Notes: generated by a model from the letters alone, not told the origin. DNA of 32,000 bases from Pseudomonas aeruginosa (GCF_001457615.1 NZ_LN831024.1:2490001-2522000), one strand, 5' to 3'; shown: positions 19,288-29,121, counted from the first letter of the stretch. Translations and numbers: made by a program.

Positions 19288-20634
19288 TCAGGCGCCGACC
19301 GTTGCCGGGCGCGGCGCGGCCGAAGGCTGGCGGGAGATGCCCGCCTCGAATTCGGCACGGAAATACTTGAGGGCGCTGCCCAGCGGCTCGACGGCTCCCG
19401 GCGCGTGGGCGCAGAAGGTCTTGCCTGGGCCGAGGAAGTTGACCAGCTGCTCGAGGGTCTCGAGGTCGCCGGGCTGGCCTTCGCCCCGCTCCAGGGCGCG
19501 CAGCAGCTTCACGCTCCACGGCAGGCCATCGCGGCAGGGGGTGCACCAGCCGCAGGACTCGCGGGCGAAGAACTCTTCCATGTTGCGCAGCAGGGAAACC
19601 ATGTTGATGCTGTCGTCCACCGCCATGGCCAGGCCGGTGCCCATCCGGGTGCCGACCTTGGCGATGCCGCCGGCGAACATCTGCGCATCCAGGTGCTCCG
19701 GGAGCAGGAAGCCGGTACCGGCGCCGCCGGGCTGCCAGGCCTTGAGCTGGAAGCCGTCGCGCATGCCGCCGGCGTAGTCCTCGAACAGCTCGCGGGCGCT
19801 GACGCCGAACGGCAGTTCCCACAGGCCGGGGTTCTTCACCTTGCCGGAGAAGCCCATCAGCTTGGTGCCCATGTCTTCGCTGCCGGGGCGGGCCAGGGTC
19901 TTGTACCAGTCCACGCCGTTGCCGACGATGGCCGGCACGTTGCACAGCGTCTCCACGTTGTTCACGCAGGTCGGCTTGCCCCAGACGCCGACGGCGGCAG
20001 GGAAGGGCGGTTTGGAACGCGGGTTGGCGCGGCGGCCTTCCAGCGAGTTGATCAGCGCGGTCTCTTCGCCGCAGATGTAGCGGCCGGCACCGGTGTGGAC
20101 GAACAGCTCGAAATCGAAGCCGCTGCCGAGGATGTTCTTGCCGAGCAGGCCGGCGGCCTTGGCTTCGTCGATGGCGCGGTTGAGGTTGCGCGCCGCGTCG
20201 ACGTATTCGCCGCGCAGGAAGATGTAGCCGCGGTAGGCCTTCAGCGCGCGCGCGGAAATCAGCATGCCTTCCACCAGCAGGTGCGGCAGCTGCTCCATGA
20301 GCATGCGGTCCTTCCAGGTGTTCGGCTCCATCTCGTCCGCGTTGCACAGCAGGTAGCGGATGTTCAGCGACTCGTCCTTCGGCATCAGGCCCCACTTCAC
20401 GCCGGTGGGGAAGCCCGCGCCGCCGCGGCCCTTGAGGCCGGAGTCCTTGACGGTCTGGACGATGTCGTCCTGGGCCATCTGGGTCAGCGCCTTGCGCGCC
20501 GCGGCATAGCCGTCCTTGCTCTGGTATTCCTCGAGCCAGACGGGCTGGGCGTCTTCGCGCAGGCGCCAGGTCAGCGGATGGGTTTCCGCCGAACGCGCCA
20601 TGCGGTTGGCCGGACCAATGGAGGTAAGGGTCAT
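19288..20634 (-). CDS. nuoF: NADH-quinone oxidoreductase subunit F (NADH/FMN-binding)
   Basis: Motifs [32 protein letters not shown] and [12 protein letters not shown] are present. The ATG overlaps the nuoE stop. Confidence 0.97.
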
Positions 20635-21131
20635 ACGTAGGCCTCCAGCAGTTTGGCGACACCGTCGGGACGCACGTCGCCATGAGTGTCGTCGTCGATC
20701 ATCAGCGCCGGGGCCTTGTCGCAGTTGCCCAGGCAGCAGACCGGGAGCAGGGTGAAGCGTCCGTCGGCGGTAGTCTGGCCGAGACCGATGCCGAGTTGCT
20801 TCTGGATCTCGCCGACCACCGACTCGTGGCCGCCGATGTAGCAGACCATGCTGTCGCAGACGCGGATGATGTGGCGGCCCACCGGCTGGCGGAATATCTG
20901 ACTATAGAAGGTGGCGACGCCTTCGACGTCGCTGGCCGGGATCCCCAGCACCTCGCCGATCGCCGGGATGGCGCCGTCCGGCACCCAGCCGCGCTGTTTC
21001 TGGACGATCTTCAGGGCTTCGATGGACGCCGCGCGCGGGTCCTCGTAGTGATGCATTTCATGCTCGATGGACGAGCGCTCGGTTTCGCTGAGGACGAAAC
21101 GGTCGGTCTGAATCAGGTTGCTCTGGCTCAT
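20631..21131 (-). CDS. nuoE: NADH-quinone oxidoreductase subunit E (2Fe-2S)
   Basis: 166 aa. The Cys ligands are present in [10 protein letters not shown] ... [11 protein letters not shown]. Confidence 0.96.
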
Positions 21132-21132
21132 G

Positions 21133-22914
21133 TCAGCGGTCCACGTCAGCCATAACGAAATCGATGCTACCCAGGTAGGCGATCAGGTCCGCGATCATGC
21201 TGCCGTTGATCACCGAGGGGATCTGTTGCAGGTGCGCGAAGCTGGGCGTCCGGATACGCGTGCGGTAGCTCATGGTGCTGCCGTCGCTGGTCAGGTAGTA
21301 GCTGTTGATACCCTTGGTCGCCTCGATCATCTGGAAGGCTTCGTTGGCCGGCATGACCGGGCCCCAGGAAACCTGCAGGAAGTGGGTGATCAGGGTTTCG
21401 ATGTGTTGCAGCGTGCGTTCTTTCGGCGGCGGCGTGGTCAGCGGATGGTCGGCCTTGTAAGGGCCTTCCGGCATGTTCTTCAGGCACTGTTCGATGATCC
21501 GCAGGCTCTGGCGCATCTCGCCCATCTTGACCATGCAGCGGTCGTAGGCGTCGCCGTTGTGGGCCAGCGGTACCTCGAACTCGAAGTTCTCGTAGCCGGA
21601 GTAGGGGCGGGCCTTGCGCAGGTCGAAGTCGCAACCGGTGGCGCGCAGGCCGGCGCCGGTGGTGCCCCACTCGAGGGCTTCCTTGGTGTTGTACTGGGCG
21701 ACGCCGATGGTCCGGCCGCGCAGGATGCTGTTCTTCAGGGCCGCGGTCTCGTACTCGTCGAGGCGCTTGGGCATCCAGTCGAGGAACTCGCGGACCAGCT
21801 TGTCCCAGCCGCGCGGCAGGTCGTGGGCGACGCCGCCGATGCGGTACCAGGCCGGGTGCAGGCGGAAGCCGGTGATGGCCTCGACCACCTTGTAGGCGCG
21901 CTGGCGGTCGGTGAAGGTGAAGAACACCGGGGTCATGGCGCCGACGTCCTGGATATAGGTGCCCAGGTACAGCAGGTGGTTCAGGATACGGAAGAACTCC
22001 GCCATCATGATCCGGATCACGTCGACCCGCTGCGGCACCTTGATCCCGGCGAGCTTCTCCACCGAGAGTACGTAGGGCAGGTTGTTCATCACCCCGCCGA
22101 GGTAGTCGATGCGGTCGGTGTAGGGAATGAAACTGTGCCAGGACTGGCGCTCGGCCATCTTCTCGGCGCCGCGGTGGTGGTAGCCGATCTCCGGGACGCA
22201 GTCGATGATCTCCTCGCCGTCCAGCTGCAGGATGATGCGGAACGCGCCGTGGGCGGACGGGTGGTTCGGGCCGAGGTTGAGGAACATGTAGTCCTCGTTC
22301 TCGCCGTGGCGCTTCATGCCCCAGTCTTCCGGCTTGAAGCGCAGGGCCTCCTGCTCCAGGTCCTGCTTGGCGGCGGACAGGGAGTAGGGATCGAACTCGG
22401 TGGCGCGCGCCGGGTAGTCCTTGCGCAGCGGATGGCCCTGCCAGGTCGGCGGCATCAGCATGCGGGTCAGGTGCGGGTGGCCGGTGAAGGTGATGCCGTA
22501 CATGTCCCACACTTCGCGCTCGTACCAGTTGGCGTTGGGCCAGATACGGGTGGCGGTGGGCAGGTTGAGGTCGCGCTCGGACAAGGCGACCTTGATCATC
22601 ACGTCACTATTACGCTCCAGCGACATCAGGTGGTAGAACACGCTGAAGTCGGCGCTCGGCAGGCCGCGGCGATGGGTGCGCAGCCGCTCGTCGACGCCGT
22701 GCAGGTCGTAGAGCATCACGTAGGGCTTGGGTACCTGACGGAGGAAGGTCAGGACTTCGATCAGTCTTTCGCGCGGAACCCAGAGCACCGGCATGCCGGT
22801 ACGGGTGGGCTGGACGGTGAAGGTCTCGGCGCCAAAGCGGGAATTCAGTTCGACGACGATATCCTGGTCGTCTGCCTTGTAAGGCGGGATGTACAGAGCG
22901 GAGTCTGCAGTCAT
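21133..22914 (-). CDS. nuoCD: NADH-quinone oxidoreductase fused subunit C/D
   Basis: A single 593-aa ORF. The NuoC-like N-half contains ERExWDMYGIxFxGHP. The NuoD-like C-half contains [16 protein letters not shown] ... EATKG. Fused C/D is the known arrangement in E. coli and Pseudomonas. Confidence 0.97.
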   Translation of the reverse strand: MTADSALYIPPYKADDQDIVVELNSRFGAETFTVQPTRTGMPVLWVPRERLIEVLTFLRQVPKPYVMLYDLHGVDERLRTHRRGLPSADFSVFYHLMSLERNSDVMIKVALSERDLNLPTATRIWPNANWYEREVWDMYGITFTGHPHLTRMLMPPTWQGHPLRKDYPARATEFDPYSLSAAKQDLEQEALRFKPEDWGMKRHGENEDYMFLNLGPNHPSAHGAFRIILQLDGEEIIDCVPEIGYHHRGAEKMAERQSWHSFIPYTDRIDYLGGVMNNLPYVLSVEKLAGIKVPQRVDVIRIMMAEFFRILNHLLYLGTYIQDVGAMTPVFFTFTDRQRAYKVVEAITGFRLHPAWYRIGGVAHDLPRGWDKLVREFLDWMPKRLDEYETAALKNSILRGRTIGVAQYNTKEALEWGTTGAGLRATGCDFDLRKARPYSGYENFEFEVPLAHNGDAYDRCMVKMGEMRQSLRIIEQCLKNMPEGPYKADHPLTTPPPKERTLQHIETLITHFLQVSWGPVMPANEAFQMIEATKGINSYYLTSDGSTMSYRTRIRTPSFAHLQQIPSVINGSMIADLIAYLGSIDFVMADVDR

Positions 22915-22963
22915 GGTCTCGGTCGCTTTCGGTCAACGGTGGGGTGAGCGCGGCTGGTCTCGG

Positions 22964-22984
22964 CCGGCCAGCGGGGCTGGCCGG
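22964..22984 (-). other. Intra-operon hairpin in the 80-nt nuoB-nuoCD spacer
   Basis: CCGGCCAGC (22964..22972) pairs with GCTGGCCGG (22976..22984). The stem is 9 bp with a 3-nt loop. Confidence 0.5.
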
Positions 22985-22994
22985 GAGTTCCGGA

Positions 22995-23672
22995 TCACAC
23001 TTCGTCGGGGCTGCGCAGGTTGGTCACCTGGATGCGCTGCTCGCGTTTCAGGTCTTTCTGGGCCGGCATTTCGGCGCGGTAGACCCCCTGGTCGCCAACG
23101 ACCCAGGACAGCGGGCGGCGCTCCTGGCCGATGGATTCCTGCAACAGCATCAGGCCTTGCAGGAACGCCTCCGGACGGGGCGGGCAGCCGGGGATGTAGA
23201 CGTCCACGGGGAGGAACTTGTCGACCCCCTGGACCACCGAATAGATGTCGTACATGCCGCCGGAATTGGCGCACGAGCCCATGGAGATGACCCACTTGGG
23301 TTCGAGCATCTGCTCGTAGAGGCGCTGGATGACCGGGGCCATCTTGATGAAGCAGGTGCCGGCGATGACCATGAAGTCGGCCTGGCGCGGCGACGCCCGG
23401 ATCACTTCGGCGCCGAAGCGGGCGATATCGTGCGGCGCGGTGAAGGCGGTGGTCATCTCCACGTAGCAGCACGACAGCCCGAAGTTATAGGGCCAGAGCG
23501 AGTTCTTGCGACCCCAGTTGACGGTGGAGTTCAGCACATCCTCGAGCTTGCCCATGAAGATGTTCTTGTGAACCTGGCCCTCGACCAGCGGGTCGGCTAC
23601 GGTTTCCCGTTCGCCTATCGGGTATTGGTCGTTGGCCGCATCGGGATCGATCCGGGTAAGTTTGTATTGCAT
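22995..23672 (-). CDS. nuoB: NADH-quinone oxidoreductase subunit B
   Basis: The track starts at TTG 23678. ATG 23672 has GAGG 8 nt upstream and gives [10 protein letters not shown], which parallels E. coli MDYTLTRIDP. Motifs [19 protein letters not shown] and IPGCPPRPE are present. Confidence 0.96.
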
Positions 23673-23682
23673 CGCCAAAGCC

Positions 23683-24096
23683 TCATTGTTTTAGCTTCGC
23701 CTGCCGCTTGCGACGGCTTTCGGGAGCCCAATCGAGCGCACCGATCCGCCAAAGATAGACAAGACCCGCCAACAGAATTGCTATGAAAATGGTTGCCTCG
23801 ATCAGGCCGGCCCAGCCGCTTTCGCGAACCGACACCGACCAGGCGAAGAGGAAGAGGGCTTCGACGTCGAAGATCACGAAGAGCATCGCGACCAGATAGA
23901 ATTTTGCCGAGAGACGCAGGCGTGCGCCTCCGGTGGGGACGATCCCGGATTCGAAGGGTTCGTTCTTGCTGCGACCAAATGCCTTGCTGCCAAGCAGGGA
24001 CGAAACCCCTAGCATGAAGGCGAGAAGGCCAACGACCCCTAGAAGGAAGGCAGCGAATCCCCAGTGATGAGCTGCAAGTTCAGCTGGGTTTGGCAT
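23683..24096 (-). CDS. nuoA: NADH-quinone oxidoreductase subunit A
   Basis: Track ORF 23683..24231 is over-extended. ATG 24096 has AAGGAG 7 nt upstream. It gives the 137-aa [44 protein letters not shown]. Confidence 0.95.
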
Positions 24097-24206
24097 GCTG
24101 ATACTCCTTCTGTACCGGATATATAAGATCGTGGGTTCTGGGCGCAATGCCCGACTTCTTGTGCAACCCGCTGCGTAGTGAGCTAAGGGTTGTATGTATC
24201 TTTCCG

Positions 24207-24236
24207 ATTTTATGCCCAAAGCGCCGGACAAGTAAA
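24207..24236 (-). promoter_or_regulatory. Candidate sigma70 promoter for nuoA-N
   Basis: The minus strand reads TTTACT (24236..24231), an 18-nt spacer, then TAAAAT (24212..24207). An A-rich tract (AGAAAAA) lies just upstream, like an UP element. It is about 105 nt upstream of the nuoA ATG. This is a pattern match only. Confidence 0.3.
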
Positions 24237-24391
24237 TTTTTCTAACACAAACAGACGCTTCTCTGCTTTTTCCAGCGCTTTGGTTAATCCCCGAAACCCT
24301 CGTGAATGCTGTCTTTGCGAGAAATGGCGCGGCCTGGCTGGCTTTTGGTCGTATTGCCGCGAAGCGTGGTGGAGGGCTCTTTGCAAGGCTT

Positions 24392-24414
24392 CAAACGATA
24401 ATGAATATCGTTTG
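24392..24414. promoter_or_regulatory. Perfect 9-bp inverted repeat (possible operator) in the nuo upstream region
   Basis: CAAACGATA (24392..24400), the spacer ATGAA, then TATCGTTTG (24406..24414). TTGCAA hexamers flank it at 24381..24386 and 24411..24416. Confidence 0.35.
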
Positions 24415-24695
24415 CAATGTCGCATCCGTATAACTTCGCTACATATATTCTTCGCCGCGTTACTATTGTTTACCCTTTTATTGGTAATTACTCTCGCCCA
24501 ATCCGTTATTGCATTAAACCGGGAATATTCTCCGGGCCGGGCGCATGGCGGTTTTTCTTCTTTCCGCACCATGGCAACCCGGCTGCGGCGCCGCCTGGGG
24601 CTGCGCCCGCGGTTCTTCGTGACGGATGCGAAGGCGCTGGGCAAGGTTTGCGGCGGTTCGCGTCGCAGCGTAGATGTAGTCGCTCCGGAGGTGCG

Positions 24696-25211
24696 CTACC
24701 TGGGGGCTGCGGTAGCGACCCGGGGTTTCTTGCCGACCCAGGCCCAGACCATTTCGCAGGCGATCGGCTGGTTGCCGTTCTCGTCGCTGACCAACACCGC
24801 CACGCGGACCTCGCCCTTGTCCTGTTGCCGGATCTGCTCGATCTGTCCGGCCTCCAGCGTCGCGATGGCGGTCAGGTCGCCCTGGGCGCGCTTGAGATAG
24901 TCGATCTTCATGGTCTTGATCAGCGGCAGCTTGTCGTCCGGTACGTTCATTCCGACCAGGAAGCCGCTGGCCGACTCGGCGAGCAAGGCCATCGCCGCGG
25001 CATGGATACCTTTTATGTGGTTCTGCACCGGCCGACGGTTCTTCAGGCTGAGGATGGCGCGCTCCTGCCCCAGTTCATGGATGCGCACCCTCGCCGTGCC
25101 GGCGAAGCGCACCTGGGAGCCCAGCAGCAGCGTCAGGCTGCGGCTGCGCAGGCGGCGGGGGAGGAGGTTGATGGCGCCGACGGCGCGGCTGAGACGATTG
25201 CGCTTGGGCAT
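24696..25211 (-). CDS. Hotdog-fold protein, DUF4442/PaaI-like putative thioesterase
   Basis: Track ORF 24696..25250. I set the start at ATG 25211 (MPKRNRLSRAVG), which has AAGGA 7 nt upstream. The central NHIKGIHAAAMALLAESASG segment is typical of the PaaI/DUF4442 hotdog fold. The family assignment is recalled, not searched. Confidence 0.75.
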   Translation of the reverse strand: MPKRNRLSRAVGAINLLPRRLRSRSLTLLLGSQVRFAGTARVRIHELGQERAILSLKNRRPVQNHIKGIHAAAMALLAESASGFLVGMNVPDDKLPLIKTMKIDYLKRAQGDLTAIATLEAGQIEQIRQQDKGEVRVAVLVSDENGNQPIACEMVWAWVGKKPRVATAAPR

Positions 25212-25284
25212 GCTGGCGTCCTTCCATAGAGAGGGGAGCCTGCATTCCACCCGCTTTGCCCGGGCTTGCCCACGGCTGTAGCGG

Positions 25285-25318
25285 CGACCTGCGCCGGCAT
25301 TCCGGCCAACGCAGGTCG
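25285..25318 (-). other. Hairpin 11 nt after the phoX stop; possible weak terminator or mRNA end structure
   Basis: CGACCTGCG (25285..25293) pairs with CGCAGGTCG (25310..25318). The 16-nt loop contains its own CCGG..CCGG pairing. There is no U tract. Confidence 0.35.
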
Positions 25319-25328
25319 TCGTGGCGCG

Positions 25329-27347
25329 TCAGAGCAGGCGTCGGCCGTCTTCGCGGGTGATCACCACGGTGGCCGAGCGTGGCCGGCGGCCCGGCCCGTC
25401 CGGCCAGGTGCTGAGGAGGTTATCGGCGGTCGAACCTTCCCCCGGGTGCTGGATGTTGATGAACAGCGTACGGAAGTCCGGCGTCGCGGCAATGCCGGTC
25501 ACCTCGCAACCCAGCGGACCGGTGAGGAAGCGCTTCAGTTCGCCGGTGCGCGGGTCGGCCACCAGCATCTGGTTGTTGCCGAACGGGCCGCTGCTCAACT
25601 GGCTGCCGCTCATGTCGGTCTGGATCCACAGGCGGCCTTCCGGGTCGAACCAGAGGCCGTCGGGGCTGGCCAGGATATTGTCCTGGTTCAGCGGCTTGCC
25701 GTCCGGGCCGCGGCTGTCTTCGCCGGGACCGGCGAGCATGAACAGGTCCCAGGTGAAGCGTTGCCCGGCATAGTCGCGGCTGCGTTCGCGCCAGCGGATG
25801 ATATGGCCGTAGGCGTTCTTCACCCGTGGGTTGGCCGCGTCGGCGACGGTGCGCGACGTGTTGTTGGTGAGGGTGAAGTAGACGTCACCGTTGTCCGGGT
25901 TGACCGCGCCCCACTCCGGGCGATCCATCTTGGTCGCGCCGAGGACATCGGCGGCCAGGCGGGTGTTGATCAGCACTTCGCCCTGGTCGGCGAAGCTCAC
26001 CCCGGCCTTGCGACAGGCCGCGCGGAAGTTGCCGTCGGCGATGTCCAGCGGCAGCCACTGGCCGCTGCCATCGGCGTTGAAGCGGGCGACGTAGAGGGTG
26101 CCTTCGTCGAGCAGGCGAGTGTTGCTGCGACCCGGACGGAACTTGTCGCGGCTGACGTACTTGTAGATGTATTCGTTCTGCGAGTCGTCGCCGGAGTAGC
26201 AGACTACCTGGCGGCCCGGCTTGACCGGGGCGAAGACCAGGCCTTCGTGGGCGAAGCGGCCGAGAGCGGTGCGCTTGACCGGCACCGATTGCGGGTCGAA
26301 CGGGTCGATCTCGACGATCCAGCCGAAGTTGTTCGGTTCGTTGCGGTAGTCGTCCTGGGCCTGTTTGCCCTTGCGGGTGGCGTCGAAGCGTTCGAACTCG
26401 TCGCCCGCCAGGGTTTCCCAGCCGAAACGGCTGGTGTTGCGAATGCCGTAGCGGGTCAGTTCGCGCGGCAGTTCGCTGTCCTGGGTGGAGAAATAGCCGA
26501 CCCAGTTCTCCTCGCAGGTGAGGTAGGTGCCCCAGGGGGTGAAACCGTTGGAACAGTTGTTATGGGTGCCGCGGGTGCGGGTGCCGTCCGGACTGTGGCG
26601 GGTGCGCAGCAGTTCGTGGCCGCGCGCCGGGCCGGCGATACGCATCGGCGTGGCGGCGGTGATCCGGCGATTTCGTTGCGACGGCACGACATTCCACTCG
26701 CCACGCACGTTGCGACGGATCTCCACGACGGAAACGCCATGGGCGTTGATTTCCTTGCGCACTTCATCGGCGACGGTGCGCTTGCCATCGACCACGGTCG
26801 GGCCATTGGTGTGCAGCAGCGGCGCGTCGATGTATTCATGGTTGAGCACCAGCAGGCCATGGTTGCTGATGTGTCCGCCGCCGAAGCCGAACTGCGCGTC
26901 GATCGGGAAGAAGTGCATGCCGTCGTGGTGCATGCCGATCTGTTCGGCCTGGTCCTGGGCGCTGTTGCTGGCGTCGTCGAGGAAGCCCGGATAACTGCCG
27001 CTGATCGGGGTGCCCCAGGGTATGAAGGGCGTCGCCTTGTAGCCGGCGGGCACCCGGATGGTATCGGCACGGCCGCTGGCGATGGCTTCGAAGGGCAAGC
27101 GGTTGCGGCGTTTGAAAGGCAAGCCGCGCAGGCCTTCCGCGGCGGGCACCTGCGCTTCGGCGGGAGCGGCGCTGGCGGGGAGCGCGACGCCGAGGAAGGC
27201 GAGGGCGCCGAGCGCCGCGCCGCCGGCCAGGACCTGGCGGCGGCCGAGGCCGGCGATCAGGTCGTTCATGTGCGGGTTGTTCGAATGGTTGCTGGGCAAC
27301 TCGTCGCCATCACCGAACAGGATGGCATCTTTTTTCTCCAGGCTCAC
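25329..27347 (-). CDS. phoX: PhoX-family (DUF839 beta-propeller) alkaline phosphatase, Tat-exported
   Basis: 672 aa. GTG start at 27347 with AAGGAG 7 nt upstream. Twin-arginine signal: GLGRRQVLAGGAALGALAFLGVALPASA. PhoX-like segments: NHEY, GTHNNCSNGFTPWGTYLTCEEN, MDRPEWGAVNPDNGDVYFTLTNN and NIQHPGE. A Pho box lies upstream. Confidence 0.88.
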   Translation of the reverse strand: MSLEKKDAILFGDGDELPSNHSNNPHMNDLIAGLGRRQVLAGGAALGALAFLGVALPASAAPAEAQVPAAEGLRGLPFKRRNRLPFEAIASGRADTIRVPAGYKATPFIPWGTPISGSYPGFLDDASNSAQDQAEQIGMHHDGMHFFPIDAQFGFGGGHISNHGLLVLNHEYIDAPLLHTNGPTVVDGKRTVADEVRKEINAHGVSVVEIRRNVRGEWNVVPSQRNRRITAATPMRIAGPARGHELLRTRHSPDGTRTRGTHNNCSNGFTPWGTYLTCEENWVGYFSTQDSELPRELTRYGIRNTSRFGWETLAGDEFERFDATRKGKQAQDDYRNEPNNFGWIVEIDPFDPQSVPVKRTALGRFAHEGLVFAPVKPGRQVVCYSGDDSQNEYIYKYVSRDKFRPGRSNTRLLDEGTLYVARFNADGSGQWLPLDIADGNFRAACRKAGVSFADQGEVLINTRLAADVLGATKMDRPEWGAVNPDNGDVYFTLTNNTSRTVADAANPRVKNAYGHIIRWRERSRDYAGQRFTWDLFMLAGPGEDSRGPDGKPLNQDNILASPDGLWFDPEGRLWIQTDMSGSQLSSGPFGNNQMLVADPRTGELKRFLTGPLGCEVTGIAATPDFRTLFINIQHPGEGSTADNLLSTWPDGPGRRPRSATVVITREDGRRLL

Positions 27348-27399
27348 GGACGTGCTCCTTGTGGGCTGATCGACGGAGCATTGACGCTAACCGCTGAAA

Positions 27400-27417
27400 G
27401 CGACGGGACGATGACAG
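27400..27417 (-). promoter_or_regulatory. Pho box (PhoB-binding site) upstream of phoX
   Basis: The minus strand reads CTGTCAT-cgtc-CCGTCGC, against the consensus CTGTCAT-N4-CTGTCAT. The first half is perfect and the second matches 5 of 7. A TAGCGT -10-like hexamer follows 10 nt later. The site is about 50 nt upstream of the start codon. Confidence 0.5.
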
Positions 27418-27447
27418 GCACTCGAGGCCTTTTGCCATGATCCGGAA

Positions 27448-27480
27448 ATGAAAAACCCCGGCCGGAGCCGGGGTTTTCGC
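27448..27480 (-). terminator. Rho-independent terminator of aceA
   Basis: On the minus strand, the stem AAAACCCCGGC / GCCGGGGTTTT (plus-strand 27452..27477, 4-nt loop) is followed by TTTTTCATTTCC. Confidence 0.8.
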
Positions 27481-27487
27481 GAGGCGG

Positions 27488-27512
27488 GCCGGGCAGATCG
27501 TGGCTGCCCGGC
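27488..27512 (-). other. Additional GC hairpin between the aceA stop and its terminator
   Basis: GCCGGGCAG (27488..27496) pairs with CTGCCCGGC (27504..27512) around a 7-nt loop. There is no U tract. Confidence 0.45.
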
Positions 27513-27525
27513 TGGCCCCTGTTCC

Positions 27526-29121
27526 TTAGTGGAACTGGTTCATGGTGTTGTCTTTGCCGCTGGCCTTCAGAGCGGCTTCGCCTGCGAAGTACTCTTTATG
27601 GTTGTCGCCGATGTCGGAGCCCGCCATGTTCTGGTGCTTGACGCAGGCGATGCCCTGGCGCAGTTCCTGGCGCTGCACGCCCTTCACGTAGGCCAGCATG
27701 CCTTCGTCGGCGAAGTAGCCCTTGGCCAGGTTGTCGGTGGACAGCGCGGCGGTGTGGTAGGTCGGCAGGGTGATCAGGTGGTGGAAGATGCCGGCGTGGG
27801 CCGAGCCATCGCGCTGGAAGGTGCGGATCTTCTCGTCGGCGACCTTGGCCAGCTCGGTGTCGTCGTACTCGACGCTCATCAGCTTGTTGCGGTCGTAGGC
27901 GGAAACGTCCTTGCCTTCGGCGACGAACGCATCGAACACCTGCTGGCGGAAGTTCAGGGTCCAGTTGAAGGACGGGCTGTTGTTGTAGACCAGCTTGGCG
28001 TTCGGAATCACTTCGCGGATGCGATCGACCATTGCCTTGATCTGGCCGACGTGCGGCTTCTCGGTTTCGATCCAGAGCAGGTCGGCGCCGTTCTGCAGCG
28101 AGGTGATGCAGTCCAGGACGCAGCGATCTTCGCCGGTGCCCTTGCGGAACTGGAACAGGTTGGAAGCCAGGCGCTTCGGACGCAGCAGCTTGCCTTCGCG
28201 CTTGATCACGACGTCGCCGTTGCCCAGCTCGGCCTCGGAGATTTCTTCGCAATCCAGGAAGGAGTTGTACAGGTCGCCCAGGTCGCCCGGCTCGTTGGTC
28301 ACGGCGATCTGCTTGGTCAGGCCGGCGCCCAGGGAGTCGGTACGGGCGACGATCACGCCATCGTCCACGCCCAGCTCGAGGAAGGCGTAGCGTACGGCAT
28401 TGATCTTGGCGAGGAAGTCGATGTGCGGAACGGTGACCTTGCCGTCCTGGTGGCCGCACTGCTTCTCGTCGGACACCTGGTTCTCGATCTGGATGCAGCA
28501 GGCGCCGGCTTCGATCATCTTCTTGGCCAGCAGGTAGGTCGCCTCGGCGTTGCCGAAGCCGGCGTCGATGTCGGCGATGATCGGCACCACGTGGGTTTCG
28601 AAGTTGTCGATCTGGGCCAGCAGCTCGGCTTCCTTGGCCTTGTCGCCAGCGGCGCGGGCAGCGTCCAGGCCGGTGAACAGCAGGTCCAGCTCGCGGGCGT
28701 CAGCCTGGCGCAGGAAGGTGTACAGCTCTTCGATCAGGCCGGAAACCGCGGTTTTCTCGTGCATGGACTGGTCCGGCAGCGGGCCGAAGTCGGAGCGCAG
28801 CGCGGCGACCATCCAACCGGACAGGTAGAGGTAGCGCTTGTTGGTGGTCTTCAGGTGCTTCTTGATCGAGATCAGCTTCTGCTGCCCGATGAAGCCGTGC
28901 CAGCAACCCAGCGACTGGGTGTAGACGGAGGAGTCCGCATCGTATTCGGCCATGTCCTTGCGCATGATGGCCGCGGTGTACTTGGCGATATCCAGGCCGG
29001 TCTTGAAGCGGTTCTGGATACGCATGCGAGCTGCGTACTCGGGGTTGATCGCGCTCCAGCTGCTGCCGTTCTTCTCTTTCAGCGCGGCAACTGCCTTGAT
29101 CTCGTTCTGATATGCGGACAT
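27526..29121 (-). CDS. aceA: Isocitrate lyase (531 aa, long Pseudomonas-type AceA)
   Basis: Track ORF 27526..29301 is over-extended. ATG 29121 has AAGGA 6 nt upstream and gives MSAYQNEIKAVAALKEKNGSSWSAINPEY. The ICL active-site motif is EKQCGHQDGK. IADIDAGFGN is also present. Confidence 0.96.
   Translation of the reverse strand: MSAYQNEIKAVAALKEKNGSSWSAINPEYAARMRIQNRFKTGLDIAKYTAAIMRKDMAEYDADSSVYTQSLGCWHGFIGQQKLISIKKHLKTTNKRYLYLSGWMVAALRSDFGPLPDQSMHEKTAVSGLIEELYTFLRQADARELDLLFTGLDAARAAGDKAKEAELLAQIDNFETHVVPIIADIDAGFGNAEATYLLAKKMIEAGACCIQIENQVSDEKQCGHQDGKVTVPHIDFLAKINAVRYAFLELGVDDGVIVARTDSLGAGLTKQIAVTNEPGDLGDLYNSFLDCEEISEAELGNGDVVIKREGKLLRPKRLASNLFQFRKGTGEDRCVLDCITSLQNGADLLWIETEKPHVGQIKAMVDRIREVIPNAKLVYNNSPSFNWTLNFRQQVFDAFVAEGKDVSAYDRNKLMSVEYDDTELAKVADEKIRTFQRDGSAHAGIFHHLITLPTYHTAALSTDNLAKGYFADEGMLAYVKGVQRQELRQGIACVKHQNMAGSDIGDNHKEYFAGEAALKASGKDNTMNQFH

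Noticed and set aside
23683-24231. 5'-extended versions of real genes in the ORF track: nuoA to 24231, aceA to 29301, nuoI to 15513, nuoJ fused to 15235, nuoN to 10633, GNAT to 31685, hotdog to 25250 and the transporter from 2230.
   Set aside because: In each case an internal ATG or GTG with a well-spaced AGGAG/AAGGA reproduces the conserved N-terminus. The extensions either overlap the upstream gene or consist of rare-codon, non-conserved sequence.
24381-24394. An Anr/FNR-like box on the minus strand upstream of nuo, TTGAAGCCTTGCAA, compared with TTGAT-N4-ATCAA.
   Set aside because: Only about 7 of the 10 specified positions match, and the right half-site is poor. That is not enough to call it without a scored matrix search or ChIP data.
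24190-24900. Track ORFs 24190..24900 (+, 236 aa), 24210..24644 (-, 144 aa) and 24417..25229 (+, 270 aa) in or near the AT-rich nuo upstream region.
   Set aside because: None has an SD. Their codon usage is unlike neighbouring genes, the sequences are low-complexity, and two of them run antisense into the hotdog gene. I treat the region as regulatory and non-coding.
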